The notes beneath the pieces were generated by a model. The model ran no database searches. It was not told the DNA's origin and was given only the letters and a program-made list of their open reading frames with translations. Shown here piece after piece: positions 38,590 to 48,761 of a DNA stretch of 64,000 bases (positions within the stretch are counted from its first letter, which is position 1; each line of letters starts with the position of its first letter). Source of the DNA: Candidatus Nanoarchaeia archaeon (GTDB taxonomy: Archaea > Nanobdellota > Nanobdellia > SCGC-AAA011-G17 > JAFCDX01); NCBI GenBank assembly GCA_028716945.1, contig JAQUOT010000002.1:194202-258201 (forward strand). The letters are read 5' to 3'. Made by a program: the position numbers and the translations under genes.

Positions 38590-39306
38590 TTGAGTATATG
38601 TTTATTAAAAATGAATGAAATCAAGCATATCGCACTTATTTTGGACGGTAACAGACGTTTTGCCAAGCGTTTGATGTTAGAGCCATATAAAGGTCATGAA
38701 TATGGTGCTGCAAAACTAGAAAAATTGTTTGAATGGTGTCAAGAATTAGACATTAAAGAAATAACACTATATGCTTTTTCTATACAAAATTTTAACAGAC
38801 CTAAAGCAGAATTTGATTATTTAATGGATATTTTCAAGAAAGAATTTGATAGATTAAAAGATGATAAAAGGATATTTGATAATAAAGTAAAAATTAATGT
38901 TATTGGAAGAATAGATATGTTCCCTAAAGATTTACAAGAGAGAATGCATTATATTATGGAAAAAACAAAAAATCATGATAAATATATTATTAATTTTGCA
39001 TTAGCCTATGGTGGAAGAGAAGAAATTATTGATACTATTAAAAAAATAGGAAGAAAAATTGAACTTGGTGAAGTAAAACCTGAACAGGTTACAGAAGAGC
39101 TAGTAAATGCAAGTTTGTATATGAAAGATGAACCTGATTTTATTATAAGAACTGGTGGAGATCAGAGAACTTCTAATTTCTTGATATGGCAGTCTAATTA
39201 TTCTGAATGGTTTTTCCTAGAAAAATGCTGGCCAGAATTTGAGAAAGAAGATTTAATACAATGTATTAATGAATTTAAAACTAGAGAAAGAAGATTTGGA
39301 AAATAG
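38590..39306 (+). CDS. uppS: cis-prenyltransferase (undecaprenyl diphosphate synthase). True start may be the internal Met at ~38611.
   Basis: HIALILDGNRRFAKR motif and the C-terminal RTGG...SNFLIWQ motif. Confidence 0.88.
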   Translation: MSICLLKMNEIKHIALILDGNRRFAKRLMLEPYKGHEYGAAKLEKLFEWCQELDIKEITLYAFSIQNFNRPKAEFDYLMDIFKKEFDRLKDDKRIFDNKVKINVIGRIDMFPKDLQERMHYIMEKTKNHDKYIINFALAYGGREEIIDTIKKIGRKIELGEVKPEQVTEELVNASLYMKDEPDFIIRTGGDQRTSNFLIWQSNYSEWFFLEKCWPEFEKEDLIQCINEFKTRERRFGK

Positions 39307-39401
39307 GATTATAAGGCTTATAAAGCTTAAATTCTTGAATGGAAAGGTTTATATATAATTGTTACTTTGAATTAGTAGTAAAAATATAGGGATTTAATAA
39401 A

Positions 39402-41090
39402 ATGAGTAGAATCAAGAATCTGTTAGTAGGACTAGGATTAACAGCTTTATCACTTATTTCTACAAACTGTGGAAATGGAAGTTCTGTAGAAACTATTAAA
39501 TCTATTAATGTTCCAGATATAGAACAGACACAACCAAATCAAAATTGTAGTTATGATAATAACTTTCCAAAGAATTTAGAATTAAAAGTATCTAATGATA
39601 AATATACTTATAGTTTTCCTGAAAATGTAAAAATAAATAACAGATTATCTTATTTACAAAATTGTAGTCAATTTGTAAGTTATAACGGAAATCAATTTAC
39701 TATAAACCCATTAGATACTTGTGAAGATGCAATAGTTTTTGAAACAGAAGATACTAAAAATAATTGTAATCAAACCTATGCTTTAAAATTAAAAATTAAT
39801 GAACCTGATTGCGCAGAAGTAGATTTACCTGAAGAAATAGAAATGAAAATAGGAGAATCTTATAATAAAACCCTTTCTGGAAATATACCTATAATTATAG
39901 AAGATAATAAATTTGTTAAATTAGATGGAAGAAACATAAAAATAATTAAACCTTGGCATATTTATGATAAAAATATAAATATTCATTCTACTGAAAAAAT
40001 AACTCCTTTATACAATTGTGAAAAAGATAAAAAAATAAATGTAAAAATAAATACAATAACTGGAAAAGATGGAACAATTTATTCATATTATAAACCAATA
40101 AATAGCACAAATATTTTAGTATGTGATCAAACAGAAAGTACTCCTTGTCCTTTTGAAAAAAATGAATTTGCTTCTCTGGAGACACCATATATTCTTTTAA
40201 AAGAAGCAATTAAAAAATTAGAAGAAATTACAACTACAAAAGTTTTTGAAAAGTATGCTCCTTTTAAAATACATTTAAATGCAAGTCCAAATGATTCTGC
40301 AAGTTCAACTATTGTAAAAAAAGAAGACTGGAATAAAGTTAAAGCTGGAGGTTTTATTGGAGGAGAACATGTTTATATATTTCAATATGATTGGGCAACA
40401 AATCCAGAATGGCCTATTTTTTGTCTAAATTTAGAAAATCCAACGCAAGAACCTTTAGAACCTACTGAAACTTGTCAATGCGTAGGAAATGCTGCAACAG
40501 AAAAAAATGTTTGTAAATCTATTTTAAATTGGAATAAAGGAACTTATTTTAGAAATCCAGAAACCGATATTAATCCCTGGTTTATACATGAACTTGTTCA
40601 CGAAAGAGATCCTTCTCCAAGAATATTAAGAAAGGGTTCTGATCCTTATTATACAGATTTATATTTACCAGAAAATACAGCAAATTCATTAGAAACTATT
40701 ACTTCTGGAGTTGTACAAGGTTGGATTGCAGGAAAACCATATTTTATAACAAAAGAAATTAATTCTTTTTGTGATTTACCTTTAGGAACAGATTATACTT
40801 ATTTTAGAGCAATGTGTATTCTTACAGACCATGCCTTTGATGTAGAAGCTATGCCTAAATATTTTGAATATCTTTGGAAAGCTTATGAACACAATCAAGA
40901 AATTAGTGATAGATTATTAACTTCTTCAGAAGATGCTAAATGTGCTACAGATCATGCTACAGGATTAAATACTTATGAATGGTTCTGTGAATTTTCTAAT
41001 TGTAATCAAAAGATATGGCCAAATGGAGAAAAAGATTTTTATTATGTTCCTTTAGAATATTGTGGAGAATTATCTCATATTGATAAATAA
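39402..41090 (+). CDS. secreted lipoprotein (lipobox STNC), Cys-rich
   Basis: Signal peptide LTALSLISTNCGNG. Confidence 0.5.
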   Translation: MSRIKNLLVGLGLTALSLISTNCGNGSSVETIKSINVPDIEQTQPNQNCSYDNNFPKNLELKVSNDKYTYSFPENVKINNRLSYLQNCSQFVSYNGNQFTINPLDTCEDAIVFETEDTKNNCNQTYALKLKINEPDCAEVDLPEEIEMKIGESYNKTLSGNIPIIIEDNKFVKLDGRNIKIIKPWHIYDKNINIHSTEKITPLYNCEKDKKINVKINTITGKDGTIYSYYKPINSTNILVCDQTESTPCPFEKNEFASLETPYILLKEAIKKLEEITTTKVFEKYAPFKIHLNASPNDSASSTIVKKEDWNKVKAGGFIGGEHVYIFQYDWATNPEWPIFCLNLENPTQEPLEPTETCQCVGNAATEKNVCKSILNWNKGTYFRNPETDINPWFIHELVHERDPSPRILRKGSDPYYTDLYLPENTANSLETITSGVVQGWIAGKPYFITKEINSFCDLPLGTDYTYFRAMCILTDHAFDVEAMPKYFEYLWKAYEHNQEISDRLLTSSEDAKCATDHATGLNTYEWFCEFSNCNQKIWPNGEKDFYYVPLEYCGELSHIDK

Positions 41091-41091
41091 A

Positions 41092-42672
41092 TTAACCTGT
41101 AGCAGGATTAGTTAAATAATCCCCATAAGTATTAATTTTAACTTCACAACTAGTTATTCCACATTCACAAGTACTTCCAGGAGTTAAATCACACATACGG
41201 ATTCCCCAATTTACATCTCCAGTACAAGATTTTTTATGCCAAACAACTGTATTACCATAAATATCTGGACTATCTTCATGACAATTCGAAGAAGTTATTC
41301 TAGTTTCTGTACTTGTATCAAAATCATACATATAAATATCATTATTTCCATTTCTACCATCTTGCCATACTACTTTACTTCCATAAATTTTTGGATTAAA
41401 TTGGCCAGGAATAGGATTTAATGATATTGTTGTACTTGTAGTTAAATCATATGCATAAATAATATTTTTATTGGCTCCACCTTGATAAACAACTTTATTT
41501 CCATATACATCCCCATAGAGCCCTGTATCAGTTATTAATTTTTCAGCAATTCCACATTCATAAGTACTTCCAGGAGTCAAATCACACATATAAATATTAT
41601 ACATAGATTGCCAAGTAATTTTATTATCTTTAAATGATTGTGGATTTTTATTATTTGAACTAAACATTGTTATTCTTCTATCATTATTAGTTCCACATTC
41701 ATAAGTACTTCCAGGAGTCAAATCACACATATAAACATCCCCAACACTAGCCGGATAAAGAGCATTTCTATAATCATTCCAAATTATTTTATTATCATAT
41801 ATAAAAGGAGAATTTAAAGCATAAGAATTACTAGTTATTCTTCTTTCTTGATCTTTACCTAGATCATATGCATAAATATCATATCTATATGTACCCCCAT
41901 CCTCATTTCTTTGGTCTTGCCAAGCAATTATATTACCATTAACTGCGGGGAATAATGAAGTATACTGGTTATTTGTTATTTGTTTTATTTCATTTGTAAT
42001 AAGATTTTTCACCATTATTACTTTTTTATTTACAGTAGAATTTTCATAAACAACAAAACTAGCAGCATTTACAGGGAATATTTCTCCTTCACAACTTCCA
42101 GTCTCTTGATTACAAGTTCCTCCCCTCAATCCACAGTTTTGTACAAAAGTTAATTCTCCATTTTGGCATTGAGCTAATTTATTAATATATTTTGAATTTT
42201 CCGGAGCACACATATATTCTCTATTTGTCAAGAAAAAAGGATAAAGAGTTTCATCATTTAATGGAATAACACTAACACAATTTGTAGTATTACATTCAGA
42301 AATAGTACTGCAATCTTGACTACGCCATTCTACTCCTCCAAAGGTATCTCCAAGTTTAGTATTAATTAAAGATCTAAAATTATCATCACATTTAGCTTGA
42401 CTTTCACAATCAGTAATAGGATTTCCATTTTTATCATATCCACAATAAGTTTCATTGATACCTCTTGTTAAAAAACTTTTAACACACCCAAGAGTATTAC
42501 TACTCATATCTTTAAGAACACAACAATGAGGAGCGTATTCTAATTTTGGTAAATTCTCTCCAGAAATAGGTATAAAACAACTTGAAGATATAAAAGTTAA
42601 AGAAACAAAAATTAAGATAGATATTAAAAAGAAATGTATATGAAGATCTTTATATTTACTCTTTTTTAACAT
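41092..42672 (-). CDS. secreted protein with PD40/TolB-like beta-propeller repeats and a triple YMCDLTPGSTYECG repeat
   Basis: Repeats of the type IYAYDL...ITS. Three near-identical CDLTPGSTxECG units. Confidence 0.5.
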   Translation of the reverse strand: MLKKSKYKDLHIHFFLISILIFVSLTFISSSCFIPISGENLPKLEYAPHCCVLKDMSSNTLGCVKSFLTRGINETYCGYDKNGNPITDCESQAKCDDNFRSLINTKLGDTFGGVEWRSQDCSTISECNTTNCVSVIPLNDETLYPFFLTNREYMCAPENSKYINKLAQCQNGELTFVQNCGLRGGTCNQETGSCEGEIFPVNAASFVVYENSTVNKKVIMVKNLITNEIKQITNNQYTSLFPAVNGNIIAWQDQRNEDGGTYRYDIYAYDLGKDQERRITSNSYALNSPFIYDNKIIWNDYRNALYPASVGDVYMCDLTPGSTYECGTNNDRRITMFSSNNKNPQSFKDNKITWQSMYNIYMCDLTPGSTYECGIAEKLITDTGLYGDVYGNKVVYQGGANKNIIYAYDLTTSTTISLNPIPGQFNPKIYGSKVVWQDGRNGNNDIYMYDFDTSTETRITSSNCHEDSPDIYGNTVVWHKKSCTGDVNWGIRMCDLTPGSTCECGITSCEVKINTYGDYLTNPATG

Positions 42673-42712
42673 AATCTAATAAAAATATCCTTTATTTAAA
42701 TAGTTTACTATT

Positions 42713-43705
42713 TTATTTTGCTAAACAAATACCTGTTTTATCAGTATAACAAAATCTAAGTAAAACAGAATATCCAATTCCTCCACTAAGATCTACTTTT
42801 AAGTGTACATTATGCCCAAGCAAACTTGCGGCAGATACTCCTTGATCCCCTATGTTTTTTCTATATTCAAAACTTACTTTGCTAGGTCGCCCATTTACAA
42901 GGGTTGTTGCATCAACGCTTGCTATAGTAATTTCATTGTTATTAGTTTCATCTACTAAAATATAATTTGATTTTATTGCATAATTTTCTGCATACAATCC
43001 TATATATTCTATTCTAGGATCATTTGGAATTTGAAAAGTTTCTGAAGTTATTGTTGCAGAACTTTCGGTTGCCATAGCCAATAAATTTTTTGGTAAAGCC
43101 AAAGTTGTCTGTAATTCAAAAGCAGAAAAAGCTGAATTAGCTGGATCTTTTACAAATTCTTTATAATTTGCACTTGGAACTATTTTAATTTCTGCAGCAC
43201 CAGAGAGAACATTAAATTCTTCTGCATTTTGTAAATTTAATAAAGTAAAACAATCTTTTAATTCGTTTTTAGTAGGTTGTTTACAAGTATAAGGTTTATC
43301 TTTAATAGTTACTTGAGGATAAATATCTATACTTCCTGCAGTTCCAAGTTCTTCTGGAACACCAAATGGAATTGTTGCAGCAGCATAAACAGGTAAGCTT
43401 GTTTTAATATCCTCTGCTTTTCTTGTTTCTCCTGTAATAGCATATTTGAATGAAGTTATATCTTGTCTACCGGTATTTTCTAAAAACAACTGTACACTTG
43501 GACCAAATATACAAGAACTTTTAACATTGAAAGAAGTTTGTAAACATTTCAAAGCAGCTTCTGCTTCTTCTTCACTTTCCCCAATTTTTAATTTTGCTAA
43601 TTGGTCTCCCCAAGTAAAAACAGCAACAGCAATAATAATAACAAAACCTATAACAAGAATAGTAGCAATTATTGGTTCTACTCCTTTCTTACCTCTTTTT
43701 AACAT
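42713..43705 (-). CDS. archaeal type IV pilin-like protein (class III signal peptide)
   Basis: N-terminus KRGKKGVEPIIATILVIGFVIIIA, compare the archaeal prepilin motif KGxSPIIATVLLI. Confidence 0.6.
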   Translation of the reverse strand: MLKRGKKGVEPIIATILVIGFVIIIAVAVFTWGDQLAKLKIGESEEEAEAALKCLQTSFNVKSSCIFGPSVQLFLENTGRQDITSFKYAITGETRKAEDIKTSLPVYAAATIPFGVPEELGTAGSIDIYPQVTIKDKPYTCKQPTKNELKDCFTLLNLQNAEEFNVLSGAAEIKIVPSANYKEFVKDPANSAFSAFELQTTLALPKNLLAMATESSATITSETFQIPNDPRIEYIGLYAENYAIKSNYILVDETNNNEITIASVDATTLVNGRPSKVSFEYRKNIGDQGVSAASLLGHNVHLKVDLSGGIGYSVLLRFCYTDKTGICLAK

Positions 43706-43739
43706 ATTATAATTAAACTTTATTTATTTAAATAGTTTT

Positions 43740-44174
43740 TTATTTAGAAGTATCTATTATTTTTATTTTATGTCCTAATTCAGAAGCTTCTACAAGACAA
43801 ACGTCAAATATTTCTACATCAAGATTTTCTCTTATTTTTTCTTGTGAATACTTTCTTTTTAATAATCTTTTTTTAAGCTCTTTTAAATCACATTTAGTAA
43901 TAATACATAAATCTACATATTTACTAGGTAATAAGTGGGATAAATGCCCATCTATAATTAAATTTTTCTTGGTTTTTTTAATAACTTCAATTAATTTTTT
44001 ATTCAATTTTTCAACATCGATTTCATATTCTTTTTTCTTATTGTAAAAACCTAATTTATTTTCAATAGCAAAATCTTTTATAGAAATATAATCGGCTTTT
44101 AATTTCTTAACTAATTTCTTAGCTAGAGTGGTTTTTCCTGTAGCAACACTCCCAGATATAATTATCACCTTCAT
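43740..44174 (-). CDS. Fap7/AK6-like P-loop kinase (putative adenylate kinase involved in small-subunit rRNA maturation)
   Basis: Walker A GSVATGKTT. The IIDGHLSHLL...RLLKRKYSQEKIRENLDVEI block is typical of Fap7. Confidence 0.6.
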   Translation of the reverse strand: MKVIIISGSVATGKTTLAKKLVKKLKADYISIKDFAIENKLGFYNKKKEYEIDVEKLNKKLIEVIKKTKKNLIIDGHLSHLLPSKYVDLCIITKCDLKELKKRLLKRKYSQEKIRENLDVEIFDVCLVEASELGHKIKIIDTSK

Positions 44175-45049
44175 TTTTTATCTAATCTTTTTTTGTAACC
44201 TATTAAACATTCTTCCACTGCTTCATATATTTTTGGAAGTTTTATTCCTGCACTTTCTAATTTATCTGTATTTAATTTACAATTAGACCTTATATCTTTA
44301 GTAGTATTATTTAATTCTCCTAAACTCATTAATTCAAATCTATGATTAGGATCTACTATTTTTTTATATAAAGTCATAATTTCAAATGCACTTATTGTTC
44401 CAGGATTTGTAAAATTATAAATTCCAGTTAATTTTTGTTTTATTATCTGTCTCAATCCAGAAATCATATGAGGCACAGTTATCATAGAATTTTGTATATC
44501 AATTACTTTAGCATACTCTTTTAATTTATCTATCAGGTTTCTCTTATTATATCTATCATCTACAGGCATTCTTAGCCTTCCATCAAACCATTTAAAATTT
44601 GGATTAATTCTTTCTAATTCTAATAGTCTCTCTTCTGCTGTTGCTTTGCTAAAAGCATAAAATTGTTCTGTAAAATTAGGTTTATCTTTTTCTGAATAAC
44701 CAAAACCATTTTTATCCCCTTGATATATACATCCACTTCCCAAATGAACAAAATAAATATGATTTCTAGCACAAGCACTTGCAAGTTCTTCAGCAACAGA
44801 TACATTTGATTGCAATGTTTCTTGTTTATGAAATTTACAATAATCAATTCCTATAGAATTCGGACCATGTGTTTTTCCTATCGCATTAATCACAAAATCT
44901 AAACTTTTACCTTTCAAATATTCATCCAGATATTGATTTGTGCCTACAACCATATTTTCAATTATTCTATGTGTATCTATAGGTATTCCTAATTCTCCTG
45001 AAATTCTATTTCCTAAATAACCATTTCCAAAAATTAATCCTTTTTTCAT
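44171..45049 (-). CDS. NAD-dependent epimerase/reductase, RmlD-like
   Basis: N-terminal GNGYLG Rossmann motif. 292 aa. Confidence 0.5.
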   Translation of the reverse strand: MKKGLIFGNGYLGNRISGELGIPIDTHRIIENMVVGTNQYLDEYLKGKSLDFVINAIGKTHGPNSIGIDYCKFHKQETLQSNVSVAEELASACARNHIYFVHLGSGCIYQGDKNGFGYSEKDKPNFTEQFYAFSKATAEERLLELERINPNFKWFDGRLRMPVDDRYNKRNLIDKLKEYAKVIDIQNSMITVPHMISGLRQIIKQKLTGIYNFTNPGTISAFEIMTLYKKIVDPNHRFELMSLGELNNTTKDIRSNCKLNTDKLESAGIKLPKIYEAVEECLIGYKKRLDKK

Positions 45050-45050
45050 T

Positions 45051-45317
45051 TTAGTCTGTCATAAATAAAGTATTATCATCAACTTTTATTAATCCAAGTA
45101 AAACAGCCGAATCTAAAAAAGCATGTGCATAATTTACTGCTGCAAAAGCATTAATAAAATCTTGTTTTTCTTTGAAATGTAAAGCATCTTTATAATATCT
45201 TTCAGCCATATCTATCAAAATTTTAGCCTGTTTATCTTGTGTATTTTTAACCTGTTTTAAGGCTTTATCTGTCAATTTTAAGTACTTCTCAAGCCTTTCT
45301 TTGAGGTCTTTTTCCAT
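45051..45317 (-). CDS. small alpha-helical protein (HEPN-like/DUF357-like). Start taken at the internal Met.
   Basis: Helical 88-aa product. The upstream 22 codons of the track ORF would overlap the divergent gene. Confidence 0.35.
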   Translation of the reverse strand: MEKDLKERLEKYLKLTDKALKQVKNTQDKQAKILIDMAERYYKDALHFKEKQDFINAFAAVNYAHAFLDSAVLLGLIKVDDNTLFMTD

Positions 45318-45367
45318 TCTATTTTTACTACGAAAAAGTTTATATAAGTTGTGAAAATAATAATGAT

Positions 45368-46309
45368 ATGTCACACGGCACACGATTATTGGATTTAGAA
45401 GAAAAAGTCATCTTATTGGATACTTGTTCTATGTTTAGTAGATCTATATACGCAATCGATTTTAACCAAAAGAATAGAATTTATCCATATTTAAAAGTGA
45501 TACAAGGGAATCTAACTGGAATAAATAGTTTATTAGAAGATGAAAGAGTATTGATACCAGAAGGAGTTTATCAAGAATATAAAAATTTTATGAAAAAAAT
45601 AAAAAGGGCAGCTAAAAACTTTTCTAAGTATTTAGTATATACAAAAGGAATTGACAAAAAACCTTACACAAAAGGATTATCTATATTAGAAGACACTGCA
45701 GAATTAGGTAATGTAATTAAATTACCATCTCTAACTAAATATTCTAAAATCTTACGATCTAAAAAATCCTCATTTAAGAACATACAAGAATTAGAAGACA
45801 TTAAAAATAAATTTAGTAAAGCATTAGAAGATTCTCACGATTTATCTTTGAAAATGAGTAAAAAAGTATTTCCTGAAAATGAAAAGATAAAATATTTTTT
45901 AAATAAAATAAATTTAATAACCAAAGATTATAAAGGGATTTCAACAGCAGATAAATATTTAGTTGCAACAGCCCTATATTTTTCTATGTTTGAGAAAAGA
46001 GATTGTGCTATTATCTCTAGAGACTTAGATATAGGAATAGCCTTAACCTCTGTATTACACCAAGCAAAATTAATGGAATCCCCATTTAATATTAAAGACT
46101 ATAAAGAAAATTTTGAAAAATATGAAATAAAACTTTATGTATCTGCAAAAGGAAGGATAGAGGGATGGAATGATTTAAGACTAGAAGTATCTTCTAAAGA
46201 TGATCTTATGTCCTTAGAACAAACTTTATCTACTTTAAAAAATAAAGAAGAGGAAGGAGTATTAAAACATAAAATATGGCTTGCAAAAATTGTAAATCCC
46301 ACCCAGTAA
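45368..46309 (+). CDS. PIN-like domain protein with a long insertion
   Basis: N-terminal VILLDTCSM and a distal DKYLVATALYF...IISRDLDI, resembling PIN acidic motifs. Confidence 0.4.
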   Translation: MSHGTRLLDLEEKVILLDTCSMFSRSIYAIDFNQKNRIYPYLKVIQGNLTGINSLLEDERVLIPEGVYQEYKNFMKKIKRAAKNFSKYLVYTKGIDKKPYTKGLSILEDTAELGNVIKLPSLTKYSKILRSKKSSFKNIQELEDIKNKFSKALEDSHDLSLKMSKKVFPENEKIKYFLNKINLITKDYKGISTADKYLVATALYFSMFEKRDCAIISRDLDIGIALTSVLHQAKLMESPFNIKDYKENFEKYEIKLYVSAKGRIEGWNDLRLEVSSKDDLMSLEQTLSTLKNKEEEGVLKHKIWLAKIVNPTQ

Positions 46310-47127
46310 TTAAATTAACTAATACAAATATATCTCTTTGTAAAAATTGTTTTATTCATTATTTTGAGAAAAAAGTTTTTAAAAACGTAAGAAAATATGA
46401 TTTACTAGATGATTGTAAGACTATTGGAGTAGCTGTTTCAGGTGGAAAAAACTCTTTAATAGTTTTATGCTTATTAAACAAATTAGTAAAACAAAGAATT
46501 TCTAAGAATGTAAAAATAATTGCAATCCATATTGATGAAGGAATTAAAAATTACTCTGAAATAGCTTCAAAAACATTAAAACAATTTTGTAAAATTAATC
46601 AAATTGAATTAAAAGAATATTCTATAAAAAATAAAAAAGCTTCTCCAGAAATATGGGTAAGATACTTATTAAATAAAAAAGCACGTGAGTTAAAAATTGA
46701 AAGATTAGCAACAGGACACAATTTAGATGCAGAAGCAGAAACAATTATTATGAATCAATCAAGAAAAGATATAGAAAGGTCTGCTAGATTAGGTCCAATA
46801 ACTGGATTTCAAACAGAAAAGAAATTCATTCCAAGAATAAAACCTTTATATTTTATTTTAGAACAAGAATCTGAAATATATGCAAAGATAAAAGAGTTCA
46901 GAGAATTAAAAAATCCTTATTTAGCTGATTCTTACAGAGAAAACATAAAAAAATTCCTTAATGAAGTAGAATCAAAATATCCAGGAACAAAATATAATAT
47001 AATAAATTCCTTCTTAGAAATATTACCTTTGTTAAAAAACAAATTCAAGACAAAAATAGTAAGCTGTGAATCTTGTGGAGAACCTTGTTCAAATAAAATC
47101 TGCAGTGCTTGCAAATCCTTAAGCTAA
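46276..47127 (+). CDS. ncsA: tRNA 2-thiolation PP-loop ATPase (NcsA/Ctu1-like)
   Basis: N- and C-terminal CxxC...CxxC Zn fingers. PP-loop SGGKNS. Confidence 0.78.
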   Translation: MACKNCKSHPVIKLTNTNISLCKNCFIHYFEKKVFKNVRKYDLLDDCKTIGVAVSGGKNSLIVLCLLNKLVKQRISKNVKIIAIHIDEGIKNYSEIASKTLKQFCKINQIELKEYSIKNKKASPEIWVRYLLNKKARELKIERLATGHNLDAEAETIIMNQSRKDIERSARLGPITGFQTEKKFIPRIKPLYFILEQESEIYAKIKEFRELKNPYLADSYRENIKKFLNEVESKYPGTKYNIINSFLEILPLLKNKFKTKIVSCESCGEPCSNKICSACKSLS

Positions 47128-47670
47128 ACAATCTTTGTATTGTAATAATCCTCTATATTTTAAGGTTGCACTGAATGCAGAAATTTTTCTGTCAATACCA
47201 TAATCTTGTTTAGATTTAATATCTTTCAAAGAAGCACATAAATTATTAGTAGATTTAATATTCTCAATATAATAATCTCCAGTAGTTATTTTAAAATCAT
47301 AATTTGGGTCTAAACTGTTTTTAACATCTCCATTCCCATATATAGTAAATACTAAATCACTTCTTGGAATTCCATTCCCATCCCAAAATCCTAAAGCAAC
47401 TATTGAATCTTGAGGCATTGCTGAAAATGCAGGAGTACTTTGAATTAATGTTTTTACTTCAGTTGTTGTTAAAACGGGTTTTGGTTTAACTGTAGTTTGA
47501 GTTTGTGTTTCTGGTGCTGAAGTTGTAGTTTTTGTTTGAGCTGTACTCACTGTATTCCTTATTACAAAATCATTAGAATTATCTGTAGTTGGATTTGAAA
47601 AATAATTATAACCTAAATAAGAAACAACCATTAATACAATTAAACCTAAAATTAAAGTTAATTTCTTCAT
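47119..47670 (-). CDS. secreted Thr-rich protein
   Basis: Signal anchor followed by a TTxTT-rich linker. Confidence 0.4.
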   Translation of the reverse strand: MKKLTLILGLIVLMVVSYLGYNYFSNPTTDNSNDFVIRNTVSTAQTKTTTSAPETQTQTTVKPKPVLTTTEVKTLIQSTPAFSAMPQDSIVALGFWDGNGIPRSDLVFTIYGNGDVKNSLDPNYDFKITTGDYYIENIKSTNNLCASLKDIKSKQDYGIDRKISAFSATLKYRGLLQYKDCLA

Positions 47671-47692
47671 ATAAATTACTATATATAAATAT

Positions 47693-48277
47693 TTATAAGC
47701 CTTTCTTAGCCTTCATATTTTTCCAATCAATAATAACTTCTCTTTGTCCCTTGCTAATGCCATACTCTTTATATTCGTACTTAAACTTTCCAACATCTTT
47801 TCCATGATTAAAGATAGCTTCCGTCATTATTAAATCATTGGATAAATAATCTTTAACTTCTTGATGTTGTCCATCTCTCCACATTTTAGGAATTTTTAAG
47901 GTATCAATTGTTTTAGTCATACCAAGATTTCTTTTGCCTAAATCATCTAATGAAGTCCAACAACCGGTAACTTTTTCTAATTCAAACATTATATCAAAAG
48001 TTTTGCTTTTTAATGATTCAATAAAATTTTTATTAATGTATGGTTGAAGAACAAAATAATCAAATCTTAAAAGATTATGTCCTACAATTAAATCTGCATC
48101 TTTTAAACATTGAATTAATTCTGTTATTTGATTCTCGTTAAAAAATATGGAATTTCCATCCATACGTACTCCAGCGATAGCAATTTTTAATTTACTTGGA
48201 TCCCTATCCACATTAGATATCATATTAAGTTCTTTAAACAAATATTGTGTTTCTAAATCAAAAAAGATTATTTTCAT
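47693..48277 (-). CDS. DEDD-family 3'-5' exonuclease (DnaQ-like). Start moved to MKIIFFDLETQ.
   Basis: The FFDLETQ Exo I motif and ...HNLLRFD. The track's N-terminal extension runs into a GC-rich promoter element. Confidence 0.65.
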   Translation of the reverse strand: MKIIFFDLETQYLFKELNMISNVDRDPSKLKIAIAGVRMDGNSIFFNENQITELIQCLKDADLIVGHNLLRFDYFVLQPYINKNFIESLKSKTFDIMFELEKVTGCWTSLDDLGKRNLGMTKTIDTLKIPKMWRDGQHQEVKDYLSNDLIMTEAIFNHGKDVGKFKYEYKEYGISKGQREVIIDWKNMKAKKGL

Positions 48278-48298
48278 ATTAAATATAATTAAATTTGC

Positions 48299-48307
48299 TT
48301 TATAAAT
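48299..48307 (-). promoter_or_regulatory. TATA-like box (ATTTATAAA on the minus strand) centred 26 nt upstream of the exonuclease ATG, followed by the GC-rich palindrome CGCGCACCCGCTTGCAAG
   Basis: Sequence and spacing. The GC-rich palindrome sits at the BRE position. Confidence 0.3.
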
Positions 48308-48366
48308 CTTACGCGCACCCGCTTGCAAGTTGCAATTTGTTACAATATATATTTGGGAGTATACTA

Positions 48367-48759
48367 TTATTTATTCTTTTTACTTCTATAATCTTGTATA
48401 GCCTTTTTAAGAGCATCCTGTGCTAATATAGAACAATGGAATTTTATTTCGGGCAATTTACCTAAAGCATTATTTACGTCTTCTTTTGTGATTTTTTCAG
48501 CTTGTTCTAAAGTTTTTCCTTTAGCTAATTGAGTAACCATAGAACTAGAAGTTATTGCTGCAATACATCCAGTTGTAGAAACTTTAATGTCTTTTATTAT
48601 TTCTTGACCTTTTTTATTTTTACCTACCTTAATATATACCCAGAGAATATCGCCACAAATTGCATTCCCTACTTTACCTAAACCATCTGGATTTTCAATT
48701 TTACCCATGTTCTTTGGATGTTTAAACAAAGCCAAAACTTTTTTATTGTATGCTTCCAT
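48367..48759 (-). CDS. iscU: Fe-S cluster scaffold protein IscU/NifU-like
   Basis: GDIL/ATTG scaffold Cys motif pattern (NAICGD...). Confidence 0.82.
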   Translation of the reverse strand: MEAYNKKVLALFKHPKNMGKIENPDGLGKVGNAICGDILWVYIKVGKNKKGQEIIKDIKVSTTGCIAAITSSSMVTQLAKGKTLEQAEKITKEDVNNALGKLPEIKFHCSILAQDALKKAIQDYRSKKNK

Positions 48760-48761
48760 TT

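Noticed and set aside
48278-48328. N-terminal extension (MQAGARKIYKANLIIFN) of the exonuclease ORF
   Set aside because: It runs through the GC-rich palindrome and a TATA-like element. The conserved Exo I motif begins at the internal Met, so the start was placed at 48277.
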